From NCBI RefSeq assembly GCF_006345805.1, contig NC_043005.1, forward strand, positions 33,604,001 to 33,668,000: a stretch of DNA of 64,000 nucleotides, written 5' to 3'. Of the stretch, positions 25,212-38,700 are shown one piece after another. The notes below the pieces were generated by a model. That model was not told the origin of the DNA, made no database searches, and saw only the letters and a program-made list of their open reading frames with translations. This stretch comes from Octopus sinensis. Its lineage: Eukaryota. Position numbers and translations under genes: made by a program. Numbering within the stretch: the first letter of the stretch is position 1; each line of letters begins with the position of its first letter.

Positions 25212-26841
25212 CAGTTGCAGCCAAAATGTTCAGAACGGCATTGTTTTCGCCAGAAAAGTAGGTATAAGTTTTTATCAAAGTTGTTTTATATTCTATAATT
25301 TTCACAGACAATAAATACAATATTAATTGTTATTGTCTGAGATTTTGGTGTAATTTGAGAGGATAATACAAAAGTTATGGATGATTTAGTGATTTACTGC
25401 AAAACCCATGGCGGCCAAAATGATCAGAACGGTTGCTTTTACTCCATGTTTTAGTGTATTTAACCGGCAAACTCTAATGTTTTGAATTTGTTTACGTGAC
25501 GGTTCGTTTACTAAACATTAGTAAGAATATCTGCAGTGTACTTTGTTAATATAATGCCACTTACTCCGTTATCAATTCGTCAGCAGATTATTAAGCTTCG
25601 AAAGAAGGATAATTTAAGTATTGGGTCTATTGCAAAGATTGTTAACAAGTCAAAAAGTGTTGTTCACGGTATTCTTAAGGTCTTCAATGATTGTGGTTCG
25701 TGTGAAGCAAGAAAGTCTACAGATAGGCCAAGAAAAACGATCAAGAGAGAAGATCGTGCTATGGTAAAGTTGGTTAAAAAGGACAGATTTAAAACTGCTG
25801 CTGCTGTTTCTCGGGAAATGAGCATTGTACTGAAGAAAACGTTATCTCGAAAAACTTGTCTCATCGTTTAGTTGAACATAACCTACAAGCAAGATCACCA
25901 GCAGTGAAACCACTGATCAGCTCCAAAAATAAAAAGTGTCGTCTTACCTTTGCAACCTAACAAGTGTTGTGGTCTCAAGAAAAATGGCAAACGGTGCATT
26001 TCAGTGATGAATCTAAGTTTATGTTATTTGGCTCAGATGGGAAAAGGTACGCTCATTGAAAAGTAGGTGAAAAATTGTCACCTAAATGCCTTAAGACTAG
26101 TGTTAAATTTGGTAGAGGAATTGTCATGGTTTGGGGGATGATATCTGGAGATGGCGTGGGCCCTTTGGTGCGATTACATGGAAAGGTAAATGCAGGAGTT
26201 TATATAAACAACTTGTAAAAGATCATGTATTGCCTGTGCTGAGAAATTCAACTAAGCGACCACCCATATTCAAGCAGGACAATGCCCCATGTCACAAGGC
26301 TAAGGTGGTCATGAACTTCCTCAAGGCTGAAAAGGTTATTATTATGGATTGGCCTGCTCAAAGCCCAGATCTCAATCCTATTGAAAATGTGTAGAATATT
26401 CTAGGAAAATGTTCGAAAGCCAGAAATCCTAAAACAACCAAGCAATTATGGAATGCCCTTCAGGAAGAATGGAATAAGATCACCTAGCAAGAAATTGAAA
26501 ATTTAATTTCCTCATGCAGTCGAAGATGTCAAAGTGTGATTGAAGCTAAAGGGCTTCACACTAAATATTAAATAATTCCAGTATTATCTGTCATTTTTTA
26601 TTATTTTGTTATTTTTTCAACCATTCTGATCATTTTGGCCGCCATGGGTTTTGCAGTAAATCACTAAATCATCCATAACTTTTGTATTATCCTCTCAAAT
26701 TACACCAAAATCTCAGACAATAACAATTAATATTGTATTTATTGTCTGTGAAGATTATAGACTATAAAACAACTTTGATAAAAACTTATACCTACTTTTC
26801 TGGCGAAAACAATGCCGTTCTGAACATTTTGGCTGCAACTG
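25212..26841 (+). mobile_element. full-length Tc1-family transposon with 224-bp IR/DR terminal inverted repeats
   Basis: TIRs 25212-25435 and 26618-26841 are near-perfect complements, start CAGTTGCAGCC and are flanked by TA. Confidence 0.96.
25554..26571 (+). pseudogene. Tc1 DD34E transposase with frameshifts and stops
   Basis: HTH N-terminus (SIGSIAKIVNKSKSVVHGIL, DRPRKT), FSDESKF, QDNAPCH, WPAQSPDLNPIENV with 34 residues between D and E by hand count, ends GLHTKY*. Confidence 0.93.
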
Positions 26842-26868
26842 TATATATATATATACACATATATATGT

Positions 26869-26903
<35 letters not shown>

Positions 26904-27584
26904 CATATATGTGTACACACATATATATGTATACACACATATATATATACACACACACACATACGTACGTATACAAATATATATAATTAATAAAAAAGAA
27001 CAGAAAAGAGATAAGAAAAAAACACAAACTAGCATGTGGTACATGTAAAGTATTAATAAGATGCTCAGAGAAGGAGAGTATTTCTTTTACATTAGAAACA
27101 AAGCTCTTCTTCGAAAACAGCATACACAGGAAAATAAATAAAAAAAAAACACCACCAGTCTGCAAATAAACATATATATATACACGTATACATAAAGAGG
27201 ATGAGACTATTATTTCAAATAAGGAGAATATCAAGTGGCCAGCATGGAAGAACCATGCAGGTAATAATTTTTATAGATATATAATATAATAATTAAGTAG
27301 GAACCCTTAATTATAATTATATCTAAACATATAACATACATGCACACACATATATACATACATATACATATGTACATATAAGTATATCTGCACACATATA
27401 CATATACAGGTATGCACACATATATATCTACATATACATACATATATATATATGTATATAATATAATTATAATTAAGTAGGAACCCTTAATTATAATAAT
27501 ATCTAAAAATATACATATATGTATACATGTAGATAGATACGTATGCACACATATATATATGTATATATACATACATATATTGTG

Positions 27585-27947
27585 GTAATTAGCTTGCTTA
27601 CGAACAACATAGTTCCGGGTTCAGTCCCACTCCATGGCACCTTGGGCAATTGTCTATAGCCTCAGGTCGATCAAAGCCTTGTGAGTGGATTTGGTAGACG
27701 GAAACTGAAAGAAGCCCGTCATATATATGTATGTGTGTGTATACGTTTGTGTGCCTGTGTTTGTCCCCCACAACATCGCTCGACAACCAATGCTGATGTG
27801 TTTACGTCCCCGTAACTTAGCAATTTGGCAAAAGAGACCAATAGAATAAGTACTAGGCTTACAAAGAATAAGTCCTGGGGTCGATTTGCTTGACTAAAGG
27901 TGGTGCTCCAGCATGGCCACAGTCAAATGACTGAAACAAGTAAAAGA
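27585..27947 (+). mobile_element. tRNA-head SINE, well preserved (CpGs retained)
   Basis: ttccgggttcagtccc B-box, ggcaccttgggcaa, gccttgtgagtggatttggtagacggaaactgaaagaagcccg, 3' aaatgactgaaacaagtaaaaga. Confidence 0.85.
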
Positions 27948-28229
27948 ATATATATATATACTCTGGGATATCCCAGAAACAGCTGTAAGGCTTTGAATCT
28001 TTTCCAATGATGTATAAGACTGGAGATGTTTGCCTCGCCTTAACAGTTGATGTCCTCTTTAACAATAATATATCTGCTATATCGGAAATCTGCAATGACG
28101 CCATAACTACTGTCTCAGCTATAACATTGGAGCCCTAGTAATTCTTTACAGCACTTACCTAGCATACCAAGTCATTTAGATCACCTGTGAACTAAAGCCC
28201 CATATTTAGTACATATATATGTGTATGTG

Positions 28230-28542
28230 AAGGTGCATGTCTTAGTGGTTAGGGTATTTGGCCCACAATCGTAAAGCTGTGTGTTCAATTGCCGGTGGCG
28301 CGTTGTGTCCTTAAGCAAGACACTTTATTTCACGTTGTTCCAGTCCACTCAGCTGGCAAAAGTGAGCAGCACCTGTATTTCAAAGGGCCAGCTTTGTCAC
28401 ACTGTCACACTGAATCTCCCTGAGAACTACGTTAAGGGTACATGTGTCTGTGGAGTGCTCAGCCACTTGCACGTTAATTTCACAAGCAAGCTGTTCCGTT
28501 GATCATATCAGCTGGAGCCCTCATCATCATAACCGACAGAGT
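28230..28542 (+). mobile_element. second tRNA-head SINE family
   Basis: ttagtggttagggt A-box, gttcaatt B-box, gtgtccttaagcaagacacttt; inverted relatives at 24960-25197 and 54140-54345. Confidence 0.7.
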
Positions 28543-28555
28543 GCACAAAAAAAAA

Positions 28556-28600
<45 letters not shown>

Positions 28601-29046
28601 CACAAAAATATAAACACACATACATACATATATATACATTATCATCATCATTGTCTAACATCTGCTTTCCATGCTGGCATGGGTTGGACAGTTTGACTAA
28701 GGACTGGCAAGCTTTCTACAGTTGGATGCCCCTCCTAACGTCAACCACTCTGAGAGTATAGTAGGCATTTTATACATGCCACTGGCATGGGGACCAGTCA
28801 GGCAGCACTGGCATAGGCCACGACTACGATTTCACTTGACTCAACAGGTTTTCTCAAGCACAGCATGTCTTATACACATACATACATAAATATACATAGT
28901 ATTAATGTTTGTTTTTATGTCAAGTTTTAAAAACAATTTAATATTAAACTGAAGAACTACTGAATAATGTTTGTAGAGTACATATTTATTATATTTTTAC
29001 AAGAATAACTTCAAAGTCACTCCTCTTGGAGTATAATAATAATATA

Positions 29047-29200
29047 CAGTTTGACACAGCTGCACATGACTTAAATTTTGTATGTGTTTAAGGCACATTC
29101 ATCTCGAATGCTTGGTAAATTCTGCCCTAGCATCTGACGATAAAATGGACATGTTCTGTGTGTCCATGAAATTTAAGTCATGTAGAGCTGAGTTAAACTA
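29047..29200. mobile_element. short MITE with about 31-bp TIRs
   Basis: agtttgacacagctgcacatgacttaaattt versus the complement of aaatttaagtcatgtagagctgagttaaact; TA at the left end. Confidence 0.65.
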
Positions 29201-29719
29201 TTACTAAAAATATGCAATTCCTACTAAATCAGTTGTGTGCTGCTTTCTTTTGTTTGTTAACTTACTCAGTATGAACTGAAAAGATATATGGTGCACACAA
29301 ATGTAAGATAAATTTTTTTTTCTTTCACCTTTTTGGCATAATCTTACTTTTCTAAGATATCTGCAAGAAAACTAGCAAACAACTGCACAAGTTGTCAGCA
29401 GGGTTCACTCATGAAACATTTCCTTAAGATAGATTTATTGAAATATTCATGGCTGACATAAAGCAGAATATGAGGTAGAGTAAACTAATTTGAAATGATG
29501 CTGGTTTTAAGCAAAAATTTTTGGGAACAGAAATTCTCTATGGTAAAAGGTCTCAACTATTTCAGAAATAAAAGTTAAATCACAGAATTGACACTATATT
29601 AATATTCATCAAAATGTATCTCTGACCAAAGGCTAACAAAAGTTCTCTTTAGACCTAGCCTAAAGTTTGAGTAATAATACATGTCACACAGACATACACT
29701 CATATATACATAGAAGCAT

Positions 29720-30560
29720 ACACTTCAGGAGGCAGCAGGAAGGGTCTTAAGTCAACAGGAACAGGAAGAGGCTGTGTCCATGGTTGCTGACCTTTGCAAG
29801 TCAACACCTGTGGGAAAGGCAGAGTGAGATGTTCTGGGAATAGTGGTCTGTTGCACACAAAAAGGTAATGAGAGGACTTGAGACAAGTGGGTAAAGAATA
29901 TCTGATTGATGATGGCATATGACCAACCAGTCCCAAGAGTAAAGGCCAATATAATAACAGTAGAAAAGAGGAGACAGCAGACTTGTAGATCATAGACTGT
30001 GACTGACTTTATATCAATCAGTCAGGTGGCTCTTTACTAGATGTGATCTAGAATGTTTGTGAGCAGCAACATCTCAGATGTGGGAGTAATAGTCCAGTGT
30101 TGTTTAATCAAGTATCAACAACTGTTGGAGGTTGTAAAGAGAAGAACCAATCTTTAAGATACAATCCAATGCTAACAATGTACTTTTCTCAAGCAAGATC
30201 ATTAGTGATGGCAAGGTTCAACATTTAGAATGATTAAAAGAGCATGTTACTCAGGCTTAAGAAGAGTGTGATTATGTTTCCATGCAGGTGAAAATGATAG
30301 ATCTGGCATATCCTGATGGGATGATGCTTTTGAGGTATCTGTTCATGGAATCGGTGCCAGTTTGGCATCTGGTGTTTAGTTTACATATGAATGAAAGGTG
30401 AGAGAAGAATGAAGGATAGTATCAGCTGTGTAAGAGTGACCACTGTTGGTGGTAATGGGGAGTAGGTCATTGATGTATAGAAAAGCTAGAAAGTCTCTGG
30501 AGCACATCACTGTTGATAGAGTAATAAAGAAAAACATGCCATGATAATGTAATCTATTAG
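29720..30560 (-). mobile_element. highly decayed L2/Daphne/CR1-group LINE 3' region
   Basis: minus-strand remnants such as SHIWDVAA and SAVSS.FYCYY resemble the CSHIWGG..RR.VASLSLFYRYY stretch downstream of RT in this group. Confidence 0.4.
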
Positions 30561-32499
30561 GAAGCTACTGACCCAAGAGATAAAAGGTAGAGATGATGAG
30601 CAATTTCAATTGGAGAACTGCATGCAAAGAAAGCTTTACTCATGTTGAGGGCAACAATATTACTTTCACTAAATCCTTCACATATATGTTGACATAAAAC
30701 ACATGATAAATGCAATGTACTGAATAGTTATATTATATTTTGATATGTACACATTAATATATTTTCAGTTCTTTTCATTTATTTGATGAGAGAGAGAGAC
30801 AGAGAAAAACAGATTTCAACCAGGCAATGATAATAATCTGCACTAAAAGAACTTCAACAATTGAAGTTAGGTCACTTGATGTTAATGCTTCCTTCAATGA
30901 CCAAATAATACAGCCATGTATATGTGGTTAACAAGTCCATTTCACAACATGGTTTTGAGCTTAGTCCCACTTTGCAGCATCTTGTTACAAGGGATTGCCT
31001 GGCCTGGGGATGGCCAATGCCTTCTGAGAGAATCTGGTAAACTGAAATTGCACAGGAACACACCCACGTGTATATACGCACGTGTGTGTGTGTGTGTAGG
31101 AGGGGTTAGTGTCTTATATTTGATAACCGGTGTTGGTTTGTTTATATCCCAGTAACATTAGTGGTCTGGTGAAAAAGGAGAATGCTAGAATAAGTAGCAG
31201 ACTTAATAAATACTAAAAAGGCTTCAAGGTAGTGTCCTTGCATAATCTCGTGTGTGTGTGTGCACATCTTCTGCAGCAGCATACTGATTTTGACACACAT
31301 TTCATTCTCATCACAAATGCAGTGAAACAAATTAATGTCATCCTCATCATCATCTAACACATTTTCCATGATGGTAGGATCCAATGAACTGGAGAGCTGC
31401 ATCAAGCACCAATGTCTATGGATGCTCTCCCAAATGCCAGCTGCTTCAGTGTGTATAGGGTGCATATTTTGTGACACTAGCACTAGTGAGCTTGCCAAGT
31501 AACCAGTTGAAAACTTGCAGCCAACAACACTGTATTACACAAATTGTCACATAAAGACAAGAACAAAATTCTTTTGGTGATGACAATCAGTTGTCATCTT
31601 AAAACAGTTGGGTTTCTATGTGTAGATTTGTTAGTTATAACCATGTGTCTCTATGAACATACACAAGATTATTTTTGTCAGTTTTGGCAAAACAAGTTCA
31701 TTTTACAGCTGGTTATCCCTTCTACTACAACCATTATTTGTCAAGTTCAACTATAATAACTATACCAATTACGAAAATACAAGATGATAAACATGGGTTT
31801 TGTGCTGTTTATGAAGGAATTAAGAGAAGTCCCCCAACACACACTCCATGTGGTTATAAATGAGTGTGGAAATCTGTCTTTGTTTCAGACAATGAATGGG
31901 GAAAAACAAGTTAGACAGTATCAGATAAAAAGTGAAGTTCTAAAATGAAAAAAAAACATTTTTCTATATATTTAACAAATGAATCTCTTTCAGTAAGACT
32001 CCACAATCAATATAATTAAACCCTTGTCAGTCAACTTCACAGCTATTCTTATCCTATTTTTCCTACTTCATTCAGCTTTGGCAAACACAGGATGAGTTCC
32101 ATTAATACTTTTGGAAGAAAGGAAAACAGACAGAAATAATTGGTTTCTAGACTGACACACTGAGAGTCACAGTTACTAAAATTGGTAAAGTTTTGGAATC
32201 CCTGTTCCTCAGAGTCTTACACCTGATGAGGAAACAAAAGAACAGTTATCTCTCCTCACCTTTATTAGTATTCCAGTGTTTCACACAAAAGAAATTACGA
32301 ATTTATTAAAAAAAAAGTAGGGCAATAATTTTTCCAATAATTGCAGTTTTTCATATTTTTGCCTTCTATTCTCCTTTCATACCTTTTGGTGGTATAATGA
32401 CCTTATGTGTAGTTGCTGGATTATCAGATATGAACCTGTACAGAGGTATATTTGATACCACATGGGCTACTGTAAGATGGTGCTCTGTCCACAAATATG

Positions 32500-35400
32500 T
32501 GCTCCCGATAACAAGTCTGTAATTTCTCTATATTTGCGGTCATTTCACATCGTTATATTTTATAGATTTGTTTGTACATGATTAATGTTAAGAGAGCCAT
32601 AAAACCCTTAAAAATGATGAACTAATAAAGCAATTTGTTGAATAAAGTGTCCATATGGAAATAAACGGAGGATGAGTAGATTATAAAATTATTTAACATC
32701 ACATTTACAAGAGGAAGACTACGCTGAGTGGACAGTAAACAGAAGAAATGTGGATTTAAACATATTCTATTCACTAAAGCCTAAGACAGAGAGAAATCTG
32801 ACCTTAATAACCATTATTACGAGTTATTTGCATTGGTAGAAACTATAAGACTTGTTTTAGATTCTAGCACTTCCTAACATTAACTATTTGGTTAACCAAC
32901 TATTTTAGCAGTGGTATTTCCTCTCTTTCCAACAGAACACACAACCACCACAACGATTCTTATTGTAATTGCATCTAAGAGCGACTCAGAGATAATTAAA
33001 TCGGAAATTCCCAACAGAAGTAATAAAATAATATTAAAAATATAATGGGATTAATAAGAGAACTAAATATAAACAGTATTTCCACATGGTGAGAATCACG
33101 ACGACGATGACTACCACCACCACCACCAGTAATACTAGCACCAACTCAATTATTATTACCTCGTTCACTATTCTTATTTATTGTAATTTTCATTTATTAT
33201 TAACTCGAGGTCGATAAAAATAAGCATCATTCAATCAAATATAAAATATCTGTTTAGTGAATAATCAAAAATTTATTTTAATTAATGAGAAACTGTTGTC
33301 TTATTCAGTAATGAAGGACAATAAAAACAGATGGTCAAAACAACAATATTGCCAAGACAGATTGCAATTTTCCGACTTTAAATCGAGGGTTTTTGGGTTT
33401 TTTTTTGCCTTAGCAATAAAATAATAGGAAGACAAGACAGTACAATATAATCAGCTGTACACATTAACTTTTAAGATTAATCAAAATACATAATTACGTT
33501 AATTACTGAAGAGAAGGACATTAAAAATAACAAAACATCAGGACCTAAGAACAAAACATTAACGTATGGTGTAGGGTTGAGAAAAGAGCATTTCAAAACC
33601 CAGTTATTGATAAATATAGCATGAACATCACAACTTCTCATTTACTAATGACAGTCCTAAATACATCGTTCCGTTTTACAGAAGACAATCCATTTTTAGT
33701 GGCTCCAGTGTGGAAATGTTTGAATCAACTATACATATGGTCGTCTTTGATGTCCATCAAATGAGTTTTAAATATGTTTTAGTGTTTAACAACAAAATGA
33801 ATGAATGACAATCCTTGGTCATCCCCGGTCAATAACCACAAACGTAAAAACAATATTATAAACTTTACATTTCACTCTCTCATCCATTGCTAATCGATGA
33901 AGAAAGCAATCAATTCCACGAGATCGAATTTATCAATCATCACAAAATAAATCGTTTCTCCACATTGAACAGAATCTGAAGTCCTCATTAAATTTACATC
34001 CCTAGATCGCCTTCCTCTACAAAGAAACTATTTTTATGTACTTTTGAGGTCAAATTTGCCTTTCATCCTTTCGGGGTCTATAAAATAAATACCAGTGAAA
34101 AACTAGGGTCTATATAATCGACTTAAGCCACCCACCTAAATTTACTACCCATCTGCCAGAATTTGATGCCATTATTTTATGTACTCACAATAGAAACCAA
34201 AATATATTTTTACACAGAAACACCTAAAGTCCGCGAGAGGGACTTCTGAGATGCCCACTATTCCCAAGAGTATTAACCCAGGAAATAGTTTCGTTTCAGA
34301 AAGGAACGATTATGGATTTGATTAACAATATATTTTAACACAATACCACACCACAGTAGTAATTATTTTACAGCTGGAAAGGGGAATATAGAAAGTTGTG
34401 ATGTTCATGCCCCTGATGAATGGGTTCCAACCTACTGTCTACAGCCGTTAACCCTATTATTATTAATATCATGATTAATTATTAGTTATCATTATAAGAA
34501 AAATTATTATTACAAGAATAGTGAAGTAGCAAAACGGAAGATGCCGAACAAAAGTAGTTTACTGTCTTTAGTTACCTCCCCTTTACATTTGAATTCATTT
34601 CTCGCCGAGGTCGATTTTATTTTATTTTTATCCAGGAGTGATAGAAAATGGTATCAGTAATTTACCAATCCAGGAGTGATAGAAAAAAATATCAGTAATA
34701 TACCAATGTCGTTTCAATCAACAAAAACTAGTCAGTGGCCTTAAGTTTAAAGTCTGGAGACATTTTTTTTTTATCAAAGATGTCCATAAAACATAACATG
34801 GCTTTGGGCAGCTGGTTGCGTCATTGACAAACTTTACACGAATAACTATTTTTTAAAATATTATTTTAAAGTCAAATAACTATAAAAAAGACTAGCAAAT
34901 CACATTATTATCAAAGACACGATTTATTTACGATTAGACAAATCGATGAAAGAGATTGTATAGTGTTACTGGTTTACTTTAAGAACTCCTGATTGATGAA
35001 AGCAGGGACACAAATTATCGTGTTAACAAACAAACAAAAGTGAAGAAGGATATTTATTGAGCTGTAGCCGCATTAATCGGGACTTCATATCATTCTACAT
35101 CCACCCAGGACAGTTCAAAGATCGATTCCAATCATTTAACCGGGTTTCTGTCCCTGCCTTGCGATTTACACTAGAATCTTGTCTACAGCAGGAAAATACA
35201 AAATACTATGGAAATACTTTTATATATTATTTCTTTTTCATATTATCGATAAATATAATCCTGAAATTTAGATTATTTTCATTTTTTAAGTTGTAAAGCA
35301 ATACTTAATTTTACCTTTAGTTCGGCACATCTTGCTTTAGTGGACACGATACGTAAACTCTTGGTTGAAAAACAAGAAAGTCCATTTAAAATAGTAAACA

Positions 35401-36086
35401 AACGAATTAAAAATATTTTTATGATTCATAGGTTTCAATGACGCCTTCAGTCATTGCTTCCACCTTCCGTATTTAATAACAATAATAACCAGGTCATAAA
35501 TTTTATATTTTTATCCATATGAAAACTAATTCAAGATTAACCAACAAGACGCACACGTGTAGAAGATGCGGAATAAATGGGTATCCATCGATGGCGACGA
35601 GGATTAAAGAAAGGAGAATGAAAGGACATTGTTTAGAGAAAATACTCTTCGTTTGTTTGGGTGAACTTGACCGAATGAGGAACGAAGCAAAGAAAGAATA
35701 TTCTAACTATTGAAGTGTTTATTGAGTCACGTAGTAGAGGAAATACTGACGAAAATCTTCATTTTGAGGCTGAACAATATTCCGAAGGATTGAGAAGAAT
35801 AAAGCAAGTTATTACTTGTTGGTGAGGCTTTTGGGTGTCCCACAACTCACGGAACTATACACAGATCGTGTTAAACCCAAAAACCTTCAGTTAAGCAAAG
35901 TAGTATATATATATATGGTGGATGGATGGATTGCTTGAACGAGAATATCTAAAGAAAAAGTCTGTTATGGAGAGAGTAGGGCATCACAAGGTAAATAAAA
36001 CAGGGCAAAAGTCTGTATATACATTCATACATTAGTGTTCAGGTGTGCAAGGTATATATTATCACATTAACATGTTTAATAACCAC

Positions 36087-36123
<37 letters not shown>

Positions 36124-38700
36124 GACGAAAGTGTGTTGGATTTAGAGAATATATTATAACCTACCGATTACAGTATATCCGGATAGATGTGTTATTCTCC
36201 ATCGTTCCTGTTACTCTTGTACTATATATATGATACATATGTAGTATATTTATATACATTCATTTATACCATCTACCATCGATGTGTATATAGATGGATG
36301 TTTATATTATATATATATATATATACATGAATATATAGATTATATATATATATACATGAATATATAAATTAAAAGGACCTTTTCAGTTGATGTGTCGTTT
36401 AATCAGCGTGGAGCATAGTGGTTTTCGTTTCGGCCGACAACAATGGTAACATGTTGCAATGGAAACTATAAGGAAGAAGAGGTTGTAGAAGAGACAGTGA
36501 AAGATGGAACGTTTTCACGTCAATTCGACATGGACGGCTTGGCTTAATTGGCGGTGATGGTCGGGCGACAAGATACCACCATTGGGATTTAACACAATTG
36601 ATAAAAAATATAACTGACAAAGGGATTCAGGAGTAAATTATATCATATGATTCTAGTTGTATGAAGAAACATTTTGTAGTGAATGGTTAACGTGGTGGTG
36701 ATGGTGGTGATGTGTGACTGAAAGGCGGAGGAAGGGAAGGATGAGGTAGAGGAAGGTAAAGAAAGAGAGAGTAAACCGAAGAAGAGGAAAGGGAGGAGAG
36801 AAGGAAGGAAATATGAGAGAGGGATGAGGTAAAGTGAAAAGTGGATTGCTGGAAAGTAGTGTTTTCTTTTTTCTTTCTCTTTTAACGTGGTAGAGAGGGG
36901 GTATGGAAAGAAGAATGAAACGTGAAAGAAAATGGTGAGACAAAAACTCATTAAACAATGGAAAGAGAAAATTAAAATAGTGAGAAAGTGAGGGGCAAAG
37001 GCAAAATAGTAGACAGCCAGAAAGTATTTAAAGAAATAGAGAAAGAAAAAAGAGAGTAAACAAAAGGAAGAGGAAGAGAATGAGAAAATAAATTAAAACC
37101 ATGAAATAAAGTGTAAAAGAGAAAAAGAGTTAATATGACTGAAAGAGAAAACAAAGGAAACTGTTTAAGGAAAATTTTGAGAGAAAGAAGTGACAGAGGA
37201 GGAAGAAAAGAAAGATAGTAAGATTAGGAGTAAGGAGAGAAGAAATGATACTTATAGAGGTGGTAGTGGATCAAAAAGGGGAGGAAAATTTGTCACGTGA
37301 CTAATTCTTACCCTTGTGGTTGGACATGCGGAAGCATCCGTGTTAGTGTTATGTTGTTGATGGTATTTTGGCACTGAATTTCTTCTTTTTTATAAAATGG
37401 TATTTATCGTCAGCAAATGTAATTTATAACAGTTCTCTTTATGAAAAAACATAGGACATATATATATATATATACACACACCAGAATATGCATATGTATG
37501 CGGTACATATACACAGGTTAGCCCAGATAATTCTTTGAGGCTAGTGCAAATAACAAAGTGAATTTGAATTGGTGTAGTAGTTGAACATGAGTAGAGTGAA
37601 TTTATTGGATGGAAAGACAAGTTTATAAGAAATGAGATTCAATGTAGTTGATAAGGAAAACGGGCTATGGATACAGCAAGAGTATTAATGTGAGAGGAAT
37701 TACGAAGTCAGTATTTAAGATAACTTTGTAAGACGGTAGAGTGTATTTGAGGGAATTTAGTTTCTGTTTCTAGCTTATCAAGCAATTCTCGTTGTCTCTA
37801 GTTACAGGTTTTTATATGGTTTAATATATACGTATGCGTCGTGTAAGACTGCAAGTTACTTCAATTGTACAACAGTTACCTGTGTAAATTAGTATTATTT
37901 TCTCGCATAAAACATGAATCTTCTCTAATTTATAGCGACACTGACGATTCAAGAAGAGTAGCTAGATGGGGGACAGAGATCACCGCTTCGGGAGCAAGTG
38001 TGAAGGGCTGCAAATTTTCTTTTGATGGAGCGCAAAAAGTATTTTTGCCCCGAGACTAAAAACTCTTACTACAATAGATTCATGCCTTTCACAGAAGCTT
38101 CAATAGGATTTATATATATATTTAACGATGGTATATAGCAAAATAAACGAGAGGAAGAAAAATATCAATTGAAATGGCCCTTTATTTTCATCATTATAAT
38201 ATATGGTACAACATCTTCGAGCTACACAATGATTATTTGCTGTTCCATTATCCGTTCTGTAGGTAGTTAAATTCACTTTTTGTTGACAGCTAGAAGACTG
38301 ATAAAAAAAAGAGAAATAGTAAAAGTCTACCTCTCTGGGTTGACAAGTAGATTGGTAAAAGTTATATTATCTCGTGATGACAATCCATTAGTGAAGGGAG
38401 AGAAACAGATGCTGTTTGGTTAGGTACCAAGCGGCCAAAGAGATGGTACCAATTTGGGGTTCTGTTTTTTCTAACTAAATTAGTTCAGGCTAAATAAAGG
38501 ATTTTCCATCTCTTATCTGCTTATTTAACTTAAAATTGTTAGCTTAAACCATACAATGTATTAAGAGGCATTTGATTCTCATAAGTACAAAAGCTGAGAA
38601 AATAGAAAAATAATTGGTAGACAAATGTAGATTCAGTTTCAAATCCTAGCTTAGAAACTAGGAAGCTATTTGTTACATATATTATTTTATATCATATATA
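32500..38700. promoter_or_regulatory. repeat-poor, CpG-retaining block; candidate promoter or first exon of a host gene
   Basis: visibly more CG dinucleotides than the flanks, almost no RTE/SINE insertions, GA-rich tract at 36700-37280, GTCACGTGAC at 37292, minus-strand donor-like AAAG|GTAAAA at 35315. Confidence 0.45.

Noticed and set aside
26733-27572. ORFs rich in Y/I/C/V/H/T (also 19879, 39005, 47460-48025)
   Set aside because: Translations of (TA)n/(CA)n microsatellites
27585-27660. tRNA genes at SINE heads
   Set aside because: A/B-box-like heads continue into SINE bodies and do not form full cloverleaves
32198-32245. ctgatgag-gaaac hammerhead-like word
   Set aside because: No stem II and no valid stem I/III pairing
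32380-32520. Possible minus-strand exon ending AAG|GTATGA
   Set aside because: Acceptor lacks a convincing polypyrimidine tract and no protein similarity is recognisable
34628-34708. Approximately 39-bp tandem duplication (also 63643-63695, 27280-27505)
   Set aside because: Simple local duplications inside repeat relics with no sign of function
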